A stretch of DNA of 63,218 nt, the filler included, from Candidatus Babelota bacterium (GTDB taxonomy: Bacteria > JAGOBX01): assembly GCA_017999075.1 (NCBI GenBank). It is 12 parts of 12 records of this genome, joined end to end, with 100 filler letters (N's around TTAATTAATTAA, not from the genome) between each part and the next. Parts side by side here need not be neighbours in the genome. Positions count along the whole stretch, not along the records: positions 52,051 to 54,778 come from JAGOBX010000559.1; positions 54,879 to 57,603 come from JAGOBX010000560.1; positions 57,704 to 60,411 come from JAGOBX010000561.1; positions 60,512 to 63,218 come from JAGOBX010000562.1; 8 more parts are not named here. One strand, 5' to 3'. The translations under genes were made by a program, and so were the position numbers. Below are positions 52,113 to 62,868 of the stretch, piece by piece (the stretch's first letter is position 1; each line of letters starts with the position of its first letter). The notes beneath the pieces were generated by a model. That model had not been told where the DNA came from. It saw nothing but the letters and a program-made list of their open reading frames with translations, and made no database searches.

Positions 52113-53108
52113 TCACTTTTTCCGGGATTTATTAAAAACATTTGCAATATGAATATCATGAGTCATATCAGAGTTGCGGAATTCAACTTTATATTTTGTA
52201 ATTTTAGTTATGGTCCAACTGTCTACTTTATCGTTAACAGACAATAATTTTTCATTCACTATTATATAATTTTTTTTGTTTCCTTCAATAAATCCATTAA
52301 TACTAATAGCAGGAGGATTTATAACAGGTTTAAATACTTCGTTAACAATTACTTTTGTGTCTTCATTCACTAATGCAAATTCGGAATCAATCACTTTTTC
52401 AGAAAAAAATAAAATTTTATTACTATTTTCTTTAATAGAAGTGTCTGTCCTTACAACGCTGCTTTTCAATTGGTTCCATACATGTGCATATCTATAATGA
52501 TTTATGGTACATTTCAAACTTACCTGATTATCCTGTAATTTAACCTTTTTATCAGTTTTTAAAGGAATAATGTTAAGCTGTTCTATCGTTAAAAAATATT
52601 TAGAGTTTTCAATCCCTCTTAAATACGGCATTATATTACTATACGAACCATTCATTTCAATTTCAAATTTTTCTAATAAAATATTTTTGGATGTTTGTCC
52701 TGGAATTATTTTAAATTTTATCAGTTCAAGATTTTGAAAACCGGATCCTGTTATAATATTAAATATATCAGAAGGATTTATAACCGATTTTAAACGGTTT
52801 GAATATGCATTGGCCTGCAATTGTAAATTGCTGATATCTTTAGAAATATATTCCGCTATTTCTTTTTTTTCACTAATAATATGTTTATTGATTTCAATAT
52901 TTTCAATATTTTTTCCAGAAGAGTTCAATTCTGCAGTAAGTTTCGTATTTTCTGTCTGAATGTCAATTATTTCCGCTCTATTCTTGATCCTTATTTCTTT
53001 TATAAAAAAATAAAATATTGTCCCTATAAAAATAAATATTAAAAACAATACCCAGAATATTTGTTCGCGATATGATTTTTCCAAAAATTTATTTAAATAT
53101 TCTATCAT
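52113..53108 (-). CDS. PilO/MshJ-like protein with C-terminal PilP/MshK/GspB-like extension
   Basis: LEKSYREQ plus TM, coiled coil, FEIEMNGSYSNIMPYLRGIEN, then ISINGFIEG...IIVNEKLLSVNDKVDSWTITKI. Confidence 0.7.
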   Translation of the reverse strand: MIEYLNKFLEKSYREQIFWVLFLIFIFIGTIFYFFIKEIRIKNRAEIIDIQTENTKLTAELNSSGKNIENIEINKHIISEKKEIAEYISKDISNLQLQANAYSNRLKSVINPSDIFNIITGSGFQNLELIKFKIIPGQTSKNILLEKFEIEMNGSYSNIMPYLRGIENSKYFLTIEQLNIIPLKTDKKVKLQDNQVSLKCTINHYRYAHVWNQLKSSVVRTDTSIKENSNKILFFSEKVIDSEFALVNEDTKVIVNEVFKPVINPPAISINGFIEGNKKNYIIVNEKLLSVNDKVDSWTITKITKYKVEFRNSDMTHDIHIANVFNKSRKK

Positions 53109-54778
53109 TTTCTAACTTCCGCAGAAATAATAAAATTATATGCTGTTATATTATTTATACTTTTTTCCGTTATCTCAGTTAAACTGATATTAATAAAAAA
53201 ATTGGTTTTTTCTATATTATTCATAAACTGCATAATACTTTTTTTAGTTTTTGAAAAAGCTTTAATAAATAATATATCCTGATTTAAACTTATTTCTTCG
53301 AAATATATTTCAAATATAGATTCTTTAGAGGTTCCCGAAAAGTTGCTTGATACAGCATCACTGCCTGATGCAGCAGCATTCAAAGCCGAAAGAGTTTTGG
53401 TGTAATTATTTGCAGATTTAATAAAATTCCTTGTTTCAAGTTCAGAATTAATAACATTTATTTTTACCTGTTCAAGCATTTTAATCTGTTCTTCAATCTC
53501 CGAATTTTTTTTGGCATATTGATCCCTTAATTTCTCGGCTCTTTTTATATCTCCTGATTTTATTTCCATTTTTTTCTTCAATTCCATATTTTTTTTTATC
53601 AGATTTTGTTTTTTGACCGAAAAATCCCTGTTGTATAAATGCATGAATATACCGCACGATATAATCAGCACAATAAGTATATTAAATGCCATCATTATGG
53701 ATGACGAAGGATGAAGGCAATTAAGATAGGGAGGTATGCTGTTATGTTTATGAATTTTATCTTTGAAAAGTCCTGCTATTTCAATAATTTCATTTTTCAC
53801 ATCTTTGTTCAATCTATTTTTAATTTCTTCCGGAGCCTTTTCATGAGGATAAACCGGCAAAAAATCAGATAAATACTGAAATGTAACATTTAAAAAATTC
53901 TCAGATAATTTTGGTTCGATAAAAGTCATTAACGGCTTAAATCCTCCCAATACTATCCTGTCCAGTCTCCGGCTATGATCCTTTGATGAAAAAAAATCAA
54001 AAGTTCTGTTTATATTGTCTGAAAACCTGTTTATAAAATCTGTTATCACCTGATTTTTAGCCGACAAATTTTTATTTTCCAATGAAGAACTTGATAATAA
54101 ATCCAGCATTTCCTCTGATTCTTCATTTGTAATATTCATTTTTTCAGATATTAAATTAATTAAATTATGTTTTCCTATAGGAATATTTCTGTTAAATATA
54201 ATGCCGTTTTTAGTTAATATTGAAATGTATGTGTTAAAATTCCTGAAATTAATAATACTTACTATTTCTCCTTCATTGATATTGCTTAATGAAGAAAAAT
54301 AAGAATAAATGCTATATTCTTTCGGAGCCAGTAAAGCAGGTTTAAATCCTGATTTATTCTTTATTATATTATAAATATGCTGAACGTTTTTTTTCTCTAT
54401 TGCAGTTATAAAATATTCTGTCTGCTTTATACTTTTATCCACCTTGTTCCTGACAACAGAATATTTTATGTAATTTTCTTCGGTTACAATTCCTTCGTTT
54501 CTTATGGCCCATTGCAAAGTTTCAATCTGCTCTTTTTTATTTGAAACTGTTGGAACAATTATATTTTTAGATTTTAAAATATCGTCAGAAATAGAAATTA
54601 AAATATATTTATTGGTGCATATTTTTTTTTTTATATCTGATAATTTTTCAACAAGTAAATCAAGTTTATTTTCAAAAGACAGGTTTTGTTTAAAATCAAT
54701 CGGGATATTATCATAATAATAAACTTCTAAAGAATCTTTTCGCAGTCCGCAAAATAATATTTTTACGCTGTCAATATC
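53105..54778 (-). CDS. PilM-PilN-like fusion (type IV pilus/T2SS alignment complex), 5' truncated
   Basis: Frame open to contig edge (DIDSVKILF...); actin-like PilM motifs (IINFRNFNT, RNIPIG, INRTFDFF, IVLGG), TM, coiled coil, PilN-like IMQFMNNIEKTNFF. Confidence 0.75.
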   Translation of the reverse strand, partial: DIDSVKILFCGLRKDSLEVYYYDNIPIDFKQNLSFENKLDLLVEKLSDIKKKICTNKYILISISDDILKSKNIIVPTVSNKKEQIETLQWAIRNEGIVTEENYIKYSVVRNKVDKSIKQTEYFITAIEKKNVQHIYNIIKNKSGFKPALLAPKEYSIYSYFSSLSNINEGEIVSIINFRNFNTYISILTKNGIIFNRNIPIGKHNLINLISEKMNITNEESEEMLDLLSSSSLENKNLSAKNQVITDFINRFSDNINRTFDFFSSKDHSRRLDRIVLGGFKPLMTFIEPKLSENFLNVTFQYLSDFLPVYPHEKAPEEIKNRLNKDVKNEIIEIAGLFKDKIHKHNSIPPYLNCLHPSSSIMMAFNILIVLIISCGIFMHLYNRDFSVKKQNLIKKNMELKKKMEIKSGDIKRAEKLRDQYAKKNSEIEEQIKMLEQVKINVINSELETRNFIKSANNYTKTLSALNAAASGSDAVSSNFSGTSKESIFEIYFEEISLNQDILFIKAFSKTKKSIMQFMNNIEKTNFFINISLTEITEKSINNITAYNFIISAEVRK

Positions 54779-54878
54779 NNNNNNNNNNNNNNNNNNNNNN
54801 NNNNNNNNNNNNNNNNNNNNNNTTAATTAATTAANNNNNNNNNNNNNNNNNNNNNNNNNNNNNNNNNNNNNNNNNNNN
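54779..54878. other. Artificial contig linker
   Basis: N44-TTAATTAATTAA-N44. Confidence 0.99.
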
Positions 54879-55418
54879 GATATAAGCAATAAAACAATAG
54901 GAATTATAGGATTGGGTAGAATAGGCAGATTACTGGTAAAATTTTTAGGACCGTTTAACTGTAAAATTCTTGTTAATGATATTAAGCCTGATAATGATTT
55001 TATAAAAAAAAATAATTTGTTTTTTTGCAATAAATATCAAATTTATAAAAAAGCAGATATTATTTCTCTTCATATACCGCTAACGCCTAAGACTTATAAT
55101 ATGATACAATTGAAACAATTGCAAATTATGAAAAATAATTGTGTTTTAATCAATACTTCCAGAGGCGGAATTATAAATGAAAAAGATTTATATGCTCATT
55201 TGAAATGTAATTCTGAATTTTATGCTGCTGTTGATGTTTTTCAAAATGAACCATATACAGGAAAATTATGTTATTTAAACAATATTATATTAACTCCGCA
55301 TTTAGGTTCGTGTTCGGAACAAAGCAGATATCTTATGGAACTTGGAGCAGTACAGAATATTATAGATTTTTACAATGGTGCTAATCTAAAATTAAATTCG
55401 AATTTTATAATTCCGTAA
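54879..55418 (+). CDS. D-isomer 2-hydroxyacid (phosphoglycerate-like) dehydrogenase, 5' truncated
   Basis: KTIGIIGLGRIG, DIISLHIP, INTSRGGII, DVFQNEP, TPHLGS. Confidence 0.92.
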   Translation, partial: DISNKTIGIIGLGRIGRLLVKFLGPFNCKILVNDIKPDNDFIKKNNLFFCNKYQIYKKADIISLHIPLTPKTYNMIQLKQLQIMKNNCVLINTSRGGIINEKDLYAHLKCNSEFYAAVDVFQNEPYTGKLCYLNNIILTPHLGSCSEQSRYLMELGAVQNIIDFYNGANLKLNSNFIIP

Positions 55419-55419
55419 A

Positions 55420-57030
55420 TTGGCTTTACAAAATAATATGAAAAGCATAATGGTTTATTCTGGTTTATTTCTGGGAATATTTTTTGCAATACCCCTGTTA
55501 TATTATAATAATATTAATTTTTCACATGATGAAAGATTTATAGTTGATTTGACTTTTTCTATACCTGCAAACAATTTTATTTTTCCTGTAAACTATTATG
55601 GTCCGGTTCATTCGTATTTGTTGTTGTTTGTATATTCAATATTATCTTTATTCGGATTTATTTTAAAAGGAAATGCGATAGAATATATTAAGTTTGTATA
55701 TGTTAATAATCCTGAAATAATATTGCTGTTAGGAAAATTTTGTTCATACATATTGTTTTTGTCAAGTTTGTTTTTGTTTGGTTTAATAGCTAAAATTAAA
55801 GTTTGGTCTTCAAAAACCATTTTTTTTGGAATGATGATATTTGCATTATCGCCTGAATTATATAAGTCTTCCACAATAATTAAAGTGGAATTATTAACTT
55901 TTTTTTGTTCAGTAATAATGATATATTTATATGTAAAATACGCAGATTTTAATATAAAAAAATTTTCATTTTATTCGGGTATAATGACTGGAATAATTTT
56001 TTGTTCAAAATATAATTTGATAATTTTATCTGTTTTTCCTGCAACAGTAATTTTATTTAAAAATTTGAAAATATCAAAAAAACAAACGTTGCAACTTTTA
56101 TTTTTTTATTTTTTTATAAGCGTTTTAACAATTTTAATTTTATTGCCAGGTCTTATTTTAAATTTTAAAGAATTTGTTTCAGACATATCAGTTATTTTCA
56201 CTGCATTGAAATATGGTCATCTTAATTTTAAAGGATATTACGGTTTTATTGAAAATGTTAAAGGAACGTTTTCAGTTGTGAATAGCAATATTCCTCTGAT
56301 TTTTTATTTTATACTATTATTTGTTCTGCGTTATCCGAAGAAATACTTTGAATTTTTAATAATATTATTTGTATTTTTATTTTTTATTTTTAAATGGAAA
56401 TTTAAACTGAATCATTATTTTATTCCGATCTTACCCTTTTTTTATTTTATATTTTTTGATATAATTAATAATGTCAAATCTAAAAAAGTTTTATTTTTAA
56501 TACTTATAATATTTTTTTTATATATCCCTTATTCCTATAAAGAAATAAAAAAATATCTTATTAATTACATCCAATATGATTATAGAAAATCAGCAAAAGA
56601 TTATGTGGAATTAAATATAGAAGAAAATAAAACTATAGTTATTGAAGACAGATATTTTTATTCTCCATACATTTTACCGAGTATGATGCCTTTGGAATGG
56701 GATTATAAAAATATTGGAAAACGGAATTCATTAAAAAAAAAGTATTTTGATTTGCTTATAAAATATGGTATTTCAAAAAAATATAAACTGATAATTCTTA
56801 ATGTTCCGCTTGAAGGAAGTAAAATGGAAACATTTGAGTTTCCTGATTTACAATATTTGAAGGATAACTGTGATTATGTGATAACCAATAGACTCTATTA
56901 TTCAAGATTTGATAAATATTACATGAAAAAAAGTGAATTTGAAAAAAAAGCTGAAAAGTTTTATTATGAAATTCTGCCTGTGTTTGAATCAATAGATATT
57001 GAACGTATAAAAATTTATAAAATTAAATAG
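55420..57030 (+). CDS. GT-C membrane glycosyltransferase (ArnT/PMT family 39-like)
   Basis: HDE after the first TM, YGP, KVE, SKYN, YFIPILP; many TMs plus a soluble C-terminal domain. Confidence 0.75.
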   Translation: MALQNNMKSIMVYSGLFLGIFFAIPLLYYNNINFSHDERFIVDLTFSIPANNFIFPVNYYGPVHSYLLLFVYSILSLFGFILKGNAIEYIKFVYVNNPEIILLLGKFCSYILFLSSLFLFGLIAKIKVWSSKTIFFGMMIFALSPELYKSSTIIKVELLTFFCSVIMIYLYVKYADFNIKKFSFYSGIMTGIIFCSKYNLIILSVFPATVILFKNLKISKKQTLQLLFFYFFISVLTILILLPGLILNFKEFVSDISVIFTALKYGHLNFKGYYGFIENVKGTFSVVNSNIPLIFYFILLFVLRYPKKYFEFLIILFVFLFFIFKWKFKLNHYFIPILPFFYFIFFDIINNVKSKKVLFLILIIFFLYIPYSYKEIKKYLINYIQYDYRKSAKDYVELNIEENKTIVIEDRYFYSPYILPSMMPLEWDYKNIGKRNSLKKKYFDLLIKYGISKKYKLIILNVPLEGSKMETFEFPDLQYLKDNCDYVITNRLYYSRFDKYYMKKSEFEKKAEKFYYEILPVFESIDIERIKIYKIK

Positions 57031-57038
57031 ATTATGAT

Positions 57039-57603
57039 ATGGCTAATATACTTTTTTTTCAGGAATTAGAATTTGAATATCTTGGCGTTATGTATATATC
57101 CGCTGCATTAAAAAAAGCCGGGCATAATGTTTCTTTGATTTTTATAAACAGGACGAAAAATTTATTTGAAGAAGTAAAAAATATTAAACCTGACTTTATA
57201 GCAGTTTCATTGATGACAGGTCTTCATAAAAATATGTTCGGGTTACTTAAAGAATGTAAAAAAAACTTTCCTGAAATATACAATATTACCGGAGGTCCGC
57301 ACCCAACTTTTTTTCCTGAAATAATTAATTATGATTTTGTTGATTCTGTGTGTCTTGGAGAAGGTGAAAAAGCTGTTGTAGAATTAATTGATTCAGTGAT
57401 TGAAAAAAAGTATGAACCAGTTAATAATGTAAACTATAAAATTACAGGAAAGATTATTAATTGTGAAAAATATAATGAATATATATCCGATTTGGATATT
57501 TTGCCTTTTGCGGACCGGGAAATTTATTATTCCCATAAGTTTATGCGTGACATACCTACAAGAGCTGTAATTGCAGCCAGAGGATGTCCATACAGATGCA
57601 CAT
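57039..57603 (+). CDS. B12-binding radical SAM protein, 3' truncated
   Basis: LGVMYISAALK, GGPHPT, GEGE, LPFADR, RGCPYRCT. Confidence 0.92.
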
Positions 57604-57703
57604 NNNNNNNNNNNNNNNNNNNNNNNNNNNNNNNNNNNNNNNNNNNNTTAATTAATTAANNNNNNNNNNNNNNNNNNNNNNNNNNNNNNNNNNNNNNNNN
57701 NNN
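57604..57703. other. Artificial contig linker
   Basis: N44-TTAATTAATTAA-N44. Confidence 0.99.
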
Positions 57704-57742
57704 ATAATTAATAAAGAAATATAAGTTAAACCTGGTTACAAT

Positions 57743-58873
57743 ATGAAAAAAATTATAACGATAATTATCAAAGAATTCAAACAAATATTCAGAGATAAAG
57801 GCATGCTTCCGTTGATATTTATTATGCCTGTAATACAACTTGTAATACTTTCCAATGCTGCAACATACGAAGTTAAAAATATTAAATTTTATGCAGTTGA
57901 TTATGATAAATCCGGGGTTTCAAGGGATTTGATAACGCAGTTCACCAGAAGTTCATATTTTGAATTAGCGGGTCATTCAACTGATTTGAATGAAGCGGAA
58001 AATCAGCTTCACCTGAACAATATAGATTTAATTATAGTTATCCGAAATGATTTTGAAAAAAATTTAACTGTAAGCGGCATTGATAATGTTCAATTTATAA
58101 TAAATGCCATAGACGGTTCTACAGCCGGAATAATAAATTCTTACGCATATTCTATATTATCTGATTTCAATGATAAATACAATGACAGATTAGTTCCATC
58201 TTCGAAAAACAGAAAATATGAAACACGGAATTCGGCTAAAATAAATTATACCAACTGGTATAATGAAACATTGAATTATAAAACATATATGGTTCCTGGG
58301 ATACTTGTAATACTTGTTACTATTATAGCAATGTTTTTGTCTGCAATGAGCCTGGCAAAAGAAAAAGAAATTGGAACAATTGAACAATTGAACGTATCGC
58401 CTATTCTTAAACACGAAATGATAATAGGAAAACTTATTCCTGTAATGACAATAGGATTTATAGAATTAAGCATAGGGCTGATTATTTCTAAAATTGCATT
58501 TGGAATCCCGTTTAGAGGAAGTATTACAGATTTATACATTTTAACTTTTATATATTTGATAAGCATTCTTTCTTTAGGTATTTTAATTTCGATAATAGCC
58601 GAAACTCAGCAGCAGGCAATGTTTTTATCATGGTTTTTCATGGTAGTTTTTATTTTGCTTTCAGGGATATTCACTTCAATAGAGAGTATGCCGGTTTGGG
58701 CGCAACAAATTACAAAATTTATACCTTTGTCATATTATATTTCTTCAGTAAGAAACATACTGCTGAAAGGTTCGTCAATTTATGAATTACGATACAATTA
58801 TTATGTTTTATTGATTTTTGCGGTAATATTTTCATTGGCTGCAATATTGAAATTTAAAAAAGTAAGCAATTGA
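57743..58873 (+). CDS. ABC-2 type exporter permease (YbhR-like)
   Basis: IKEFKQIFRD, YMVPGIL, KEKEIGTIEQLNVSP, LSGIFTSIESMP. Confidence 0.93.
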   Translation: MKKIITIIIKEFKQIFRDKGMLPLIFIMPVIQLVILSNAATYEVKNIKFYAVDYDKSGVSRDLITQFTRSSYFELAGHSTDLNEAENQLHLNNIDLIIVIRNDFEKNLTVSGIDNVQFIINAIDGSTAGIINSYAYSILSDFNDKYNDRLVPSSKNRKYETRNSAKINYTNWYNETLNYKTYMVPGILVILVTIIAMFLSAMSLAKEKEIGTIEQLNVSPILKHEMIIGKLIPVMTIGFIELSIGLIISKIAFGIPFRGSITDLYILTFIYLISILSLGILISIIAETQQQAMFLSWFFMVVFILLSGIFTSIESMPVWAQQITKFIPLSYYISSVRNILLKGSSIYELRYNYYVLLIFAVIFSLAAILKFKKVSN

Positions 58874-58920
58874 TACAAAAATATTGCGATATTTATCTGA
58901 TTTTAGTTATATAATTTGCA

Positions 58921-60336
58921 TTATATTATTATATCGCAATAGTTATTGATAAAATTCGAAGTATATTTTTCGAATAAGTTTATTATAACTTCAATTTTAT
59001 CTGATAAAACGCTTGTAAAAAATAATATTGGGATTGAAACTATCAATCCGTATTCTGTTGTTATAAGGGCCTCAGATATTCCTGATGACATTAATTTAGG
59101 ATTGCCTGAACCGAAAACTGTGATTGCGTCAAATGTTGAAATCATTCCTGTAACAGTTCCGAGTAATCCAAGAAGCGGGGCTATTGCCGCAAAAATATTC
59201 AGCGTTGACATATATTTCTCGATATGAGGCAGTTCAGCTAATATTTTTTCGCGCAGCATATTTTCGATTATTTCTTTTTTTTGAGATTTGCCGCAAATTG
59301 CAGCGGCAAAAATACCGGACATTATATTTTTATTAGAATTACAGTAACGTTCTGCTTCATCCCAATTTTTATTATTAAGTAATTCAGTTATTTTTTTGTT
59401 TGATTCATCAGTTTGATATATTATTTTTCTTAAGAAAAAATATTTATGTATTATTATAATACCGCCTAAAATACCGATTAACAGTATCGGAATCATTATG
59501 AACCCGCCGGACTTTATTGTTTCCCATATATTTTTTTTTATTTTATACTGTTCAATAAGTTTTCCTCCTGTCAAATCAGCAGGCAGGCAAATTGTTTTAT
59601 CTGATTTTTTTTCTGCAATGTCAAAAATATTTTTTATATCAGAATTAATTTTCCAACCGTAATCGAACGGGATATCGTATAAATATTTTGATATTGCGGA
59701 ATAACCTGCAAACCCTATTTGTTGATCAGCCAAAGTTTTGTAGAATAAGGCTATTTTTCCGAACCTTATTGCAGCAACTTTTTTTTTGTTTCCGGTTCTG
59801 TCAAATACGTTAGAACTGAACAATTTTATTTCTCCTGACTTTTCAATTTCTTTCAGGCATATATCGAAAAATGCCCGAAGATATTCATAATCAGGATACC
59901 TGTTGTTTTTTAATAGGGATTCTATTTTTTCTATAGAATTAAGATCTTCGGCAGTTATCAAAGAATTCTGAAGTTCTGAATATAGTGATTCCGCGCTTGA
60001 TTTAACCTGTTTTTTGAATTTTAAAACTTCATAATTTTTTAATGTAGCATCTTTTTTCAGATCATTTAAAATTCTGTCTTTTTCAATATTTTCTGATGAT
60101 AATTTAGAGAGTTCGTTTTTTAATTCAAGAATTTGACTCCTTAATTTATCAAGGCGGACAGTATAATTTTTTCTATCTGCGGCAAATTTGTCTATTAGCG
60201 CAGAATTTTTATTCTTGGATTTTAACAATTCAGATTCTGTTTTGGAAATCGCATCGTCTATATTATCGGGAAAAATTTTTGTTGTATTTAATAAACACCA
60301 ACAAAATAAAATGATAAACAGAATTTTAAATTTCAT
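58921..60336 (-). CDS. MotA/TolQ/ExbB proton channel protein with long periplasmic N-terminus (TtpC-like)
   Basis: Signal peptide, coiled coil, AIRFG, DLTGG, SGGFIMIPI, APLLGLLGTVTGMI, GISEALITTEYGL. Confidence 0.92.
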   Translation of the reverse strand: MKFKILFIILFCWCLLNTTKIFPDNIDDAISKTESELLKSKNKNSALIDKFAADRKNYTVRLDKLRSQILELKNELSKLSSENIEKDRILNDLKKDATLKNYEVLKFKKQVKSSAESLYSELQNSLITAEDLNSIEKIESLLKNNRYPDYEYLRAFFDICLKEIEKSGEIKLFSSNVFDRTGNKKKVAAIRFGKIALFYKTLADQQIGFAGYSAISKYLYDIPFDYGWKINSDIKNIFDIAEKKSDKTICLPADLTGGKLIEQYKIKKNIWETIKSGGFIMIPILLIGILGGIIIIHKYFFLRKIIYQTDESNKKITELLNNKNWDEAERYCNSNKNIMSGIFAAAICGKSQKKEIIENMLREKILAELPHIEKYMSTLNIFAAIAPLLGLLGTVTGMISTFDAITVFGSGNPKLMSSGISEALITTEYGLIVSIPILFFTSVLSDKIEVIINLFEKYTSNFINNYCDIII

Positions 60337-60345
60337 AAGTTTAAT

Positions 60346-60411
60346 CTAATATTTTAATTTTACAGTCATCGGTAAAATAGTAAAAACAGGAGTCCTGTTT
60401 TTCATAAGAAT
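60346..60411 (-). CDS. C-terminal fragment, probably DUF3450 (TtpB-like)
   Basis: ILMKNRTPVFTILPMTVKLKY* immediately upstream of the TtpC-like gene. Confidence 0.5.
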   Translation of the reverse strand: MLMKNRTPVFTILPMTVKLKY

Positions 60412-60511
60412 NNNNNNNNNNNNNNNNNNNNNNNNNNNNNNNNNNNNNNNNNNNNTTAATTAATTAANNNNNNNNNNNNNNNNNNNNNNNNNNNNNNNNN
60501 NNNNNNNNNNN
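60412..60511. other. Artificial contig linker
   Basis: N44-TTAATTAATTAA-N44. Confidence 0.99.
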
Positions 60512-62578
60512 TTTTGAATCAATGACATTATCTGAATTTTCTTCGGTGATTATTCTATCAGATATGCCTGCATCATTCATTTTTTTCAATTCTTCAGATG
60601 CTTTTTTTAAAGATTCCGCCTTTTTTTCTTTATAAAAAAAATAAACTGGAAAAGTTTCAATTTTATATTTATAAACAAAACCCTTTTTGCTGCCAGGATT
60701 TAATAATTCCCAGTTGTCTGAAATTATTTTTACAGGAGAAACCAAATATTCTGCATCCAAGTATTTAAGCAAACCCGAGTTGTAATTTTCAACATAAACA
60801 AGTTCAGGAGCTTTGTAAGACGATTTAACCGAATCATTGTTTACAGTTTCTATTATAAAAGTAGTAAACCTTTTTGAAATATAATTTGATACCCCATGTA
60901 TGCTGTACAAATAATAATCCATTCCGCAGGTAACAGTAAAATAAGGGTTATAATATTCATTTTTTTCTTTATAAATTATTATTCTTTTATTTCTATCTGC
61001 AATGTAATCTAAAACTTCTCCGGAAAGCGTGATGTCTTCATAATCCATTAACTTATATGAATTTTTACGCATAAAAAAAACTGTAAATAATTCTAATACG
61101 GCAAGCATTATCAATAAAAAAATAAAACGGGTTTTATTTTTCTTTATTATAATAAATAATAATATTATTGCAGCGGTAAGAATTAAAAACCACGGCATTC
61201 CTACTGATTCAAGAATATCTTCTGTTCTGAAACCAAGCCGTTCATTAATTTTATAAAGATTATTTTTTAAAAATTCAACAGAAAAAAAACGTTCTATGAT
61301 TTTAGTGTAAAAGAAATCAATCTTATTAAAAAAAAACGATATTATTAAACCATAAAAAAATACAGCCGCTGATATTACTGAAATAATTTTTATATTTTTT
61401 TTTAATAATTCACGCGATGTTTCAAAAACAGATTTATAATTTGTTAAAATATAAACATTTATAATGGCAAATCCGAAAGACAAACAATATAGAGCTCTGT
61501 GAGGCCTTCTCAAAAACTTAAAGCCAGGAATGTTTGTCACCAAATAAAATACGGGCATAAAATATCCCATAGAATACAATATCAAAAATGAAATAATTAT
61601 AATCCAGAATTTGGTAATTTTATCTTCCCACAATTTGCTGAATTTCGAAGATATAATAAGCAAAAACGGCAAAACGCTTCCAATTGCAATCCCTGGTATC
61701 AAAAATAATTTAAAAATATATATCGGATTATAACTTTGTTCTCCGTTCCACCAAAACGGATGATCTCCACGCATAGATGTTTTTGAATAAAACGCCATAG
61801 GAATGAATTGAATGCTCCCGAGACAAAATCCTATTATAACAGCTATTATATATCTGATTATTAAAAATCTGGAAAAACCAGTTTTATTTTTTTTTATCTT
61901 TATTGTTAAAAAATCTTCATATAATATTCTCGCAAAAATTATCAAGTTCATATAAACAGTTGCATAAAAAAAGCCGCCTAACAAATCAAGACCCAAACAT
62001 ATTGAAAATAAAATTAAATATATATTTTTTTGGTTCAATATCCAATTTTCAATAAAAAAATAACACGCAAACATTAGAGGAACGCTTATAAGAAACATCA
62101 TATATCCGGCTCCTATCAATCCTTGTAAATAAGAGGAACCCATAACAATCAATGTTCCAAAAAATGAAACTTCAGCAGTTGATTTTAAACTTATAAATCC
62201 AAAAAAACATACTATGCCGATTAGTATAAAATGCAGCAATACATCAATAAACAATTGATTTTTATAATCTATGTTTAAAAGGTAATACAAATAATGAGTA
62301 GGATAATAATATCCCCAGAAAGGCGCGTCAGCCAAATAAGGCGTTCCTCCGAATCTATAAGGATCCCATGACGGAGGTATTTTTTGAGCATAACTATCAT
62401 TATTAAATTTTATAGTTGAAGGAACATTGCTTTCCCCTCCAATATATTTATCGCTAAAATAATATGGAGCCAACAAAATACAAGGAATCATTATAATGAA
62501 AAATAAATAAAGGAATTTTGACGAATTGCATACGGTACAATTTATTTCCGAATTCATTTTATAATTTTTCCTATGCAT
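60512..62578 (-). CDS. YfhO-family GT-C membrane protein, 3' truncated
   Basis: PSWDPYRFGGTPYLAD...YYP, GSIQFIP, IPGFKFLRRPHR; many TMs. Confidence 0.85.
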
Positions 62579-62868
62579 ATTTGAATTTTATTATAATTAT
62601 TCATTCAACCTTTTTATTTACTATACGTTAAATTTAATAAATGGATTCCTGCAAGTCTTTTAAGATTATTTTCAAGATGTTGTAAATATAAAATAGTTTT
62701 TTGAAATAATATAAGAACTATAAAAAAAATCAATATGTTTTAAAATAAAATATTGACTTATTTTCTCTTTTCAGTAATAATTTAGTTTTATGTTATTTTA
62801 TTAATGCCAAATAAAATATAAAATTAGGAGACATTAGCAGTCATAATAATATCGGAGTTGTTAAAAAA

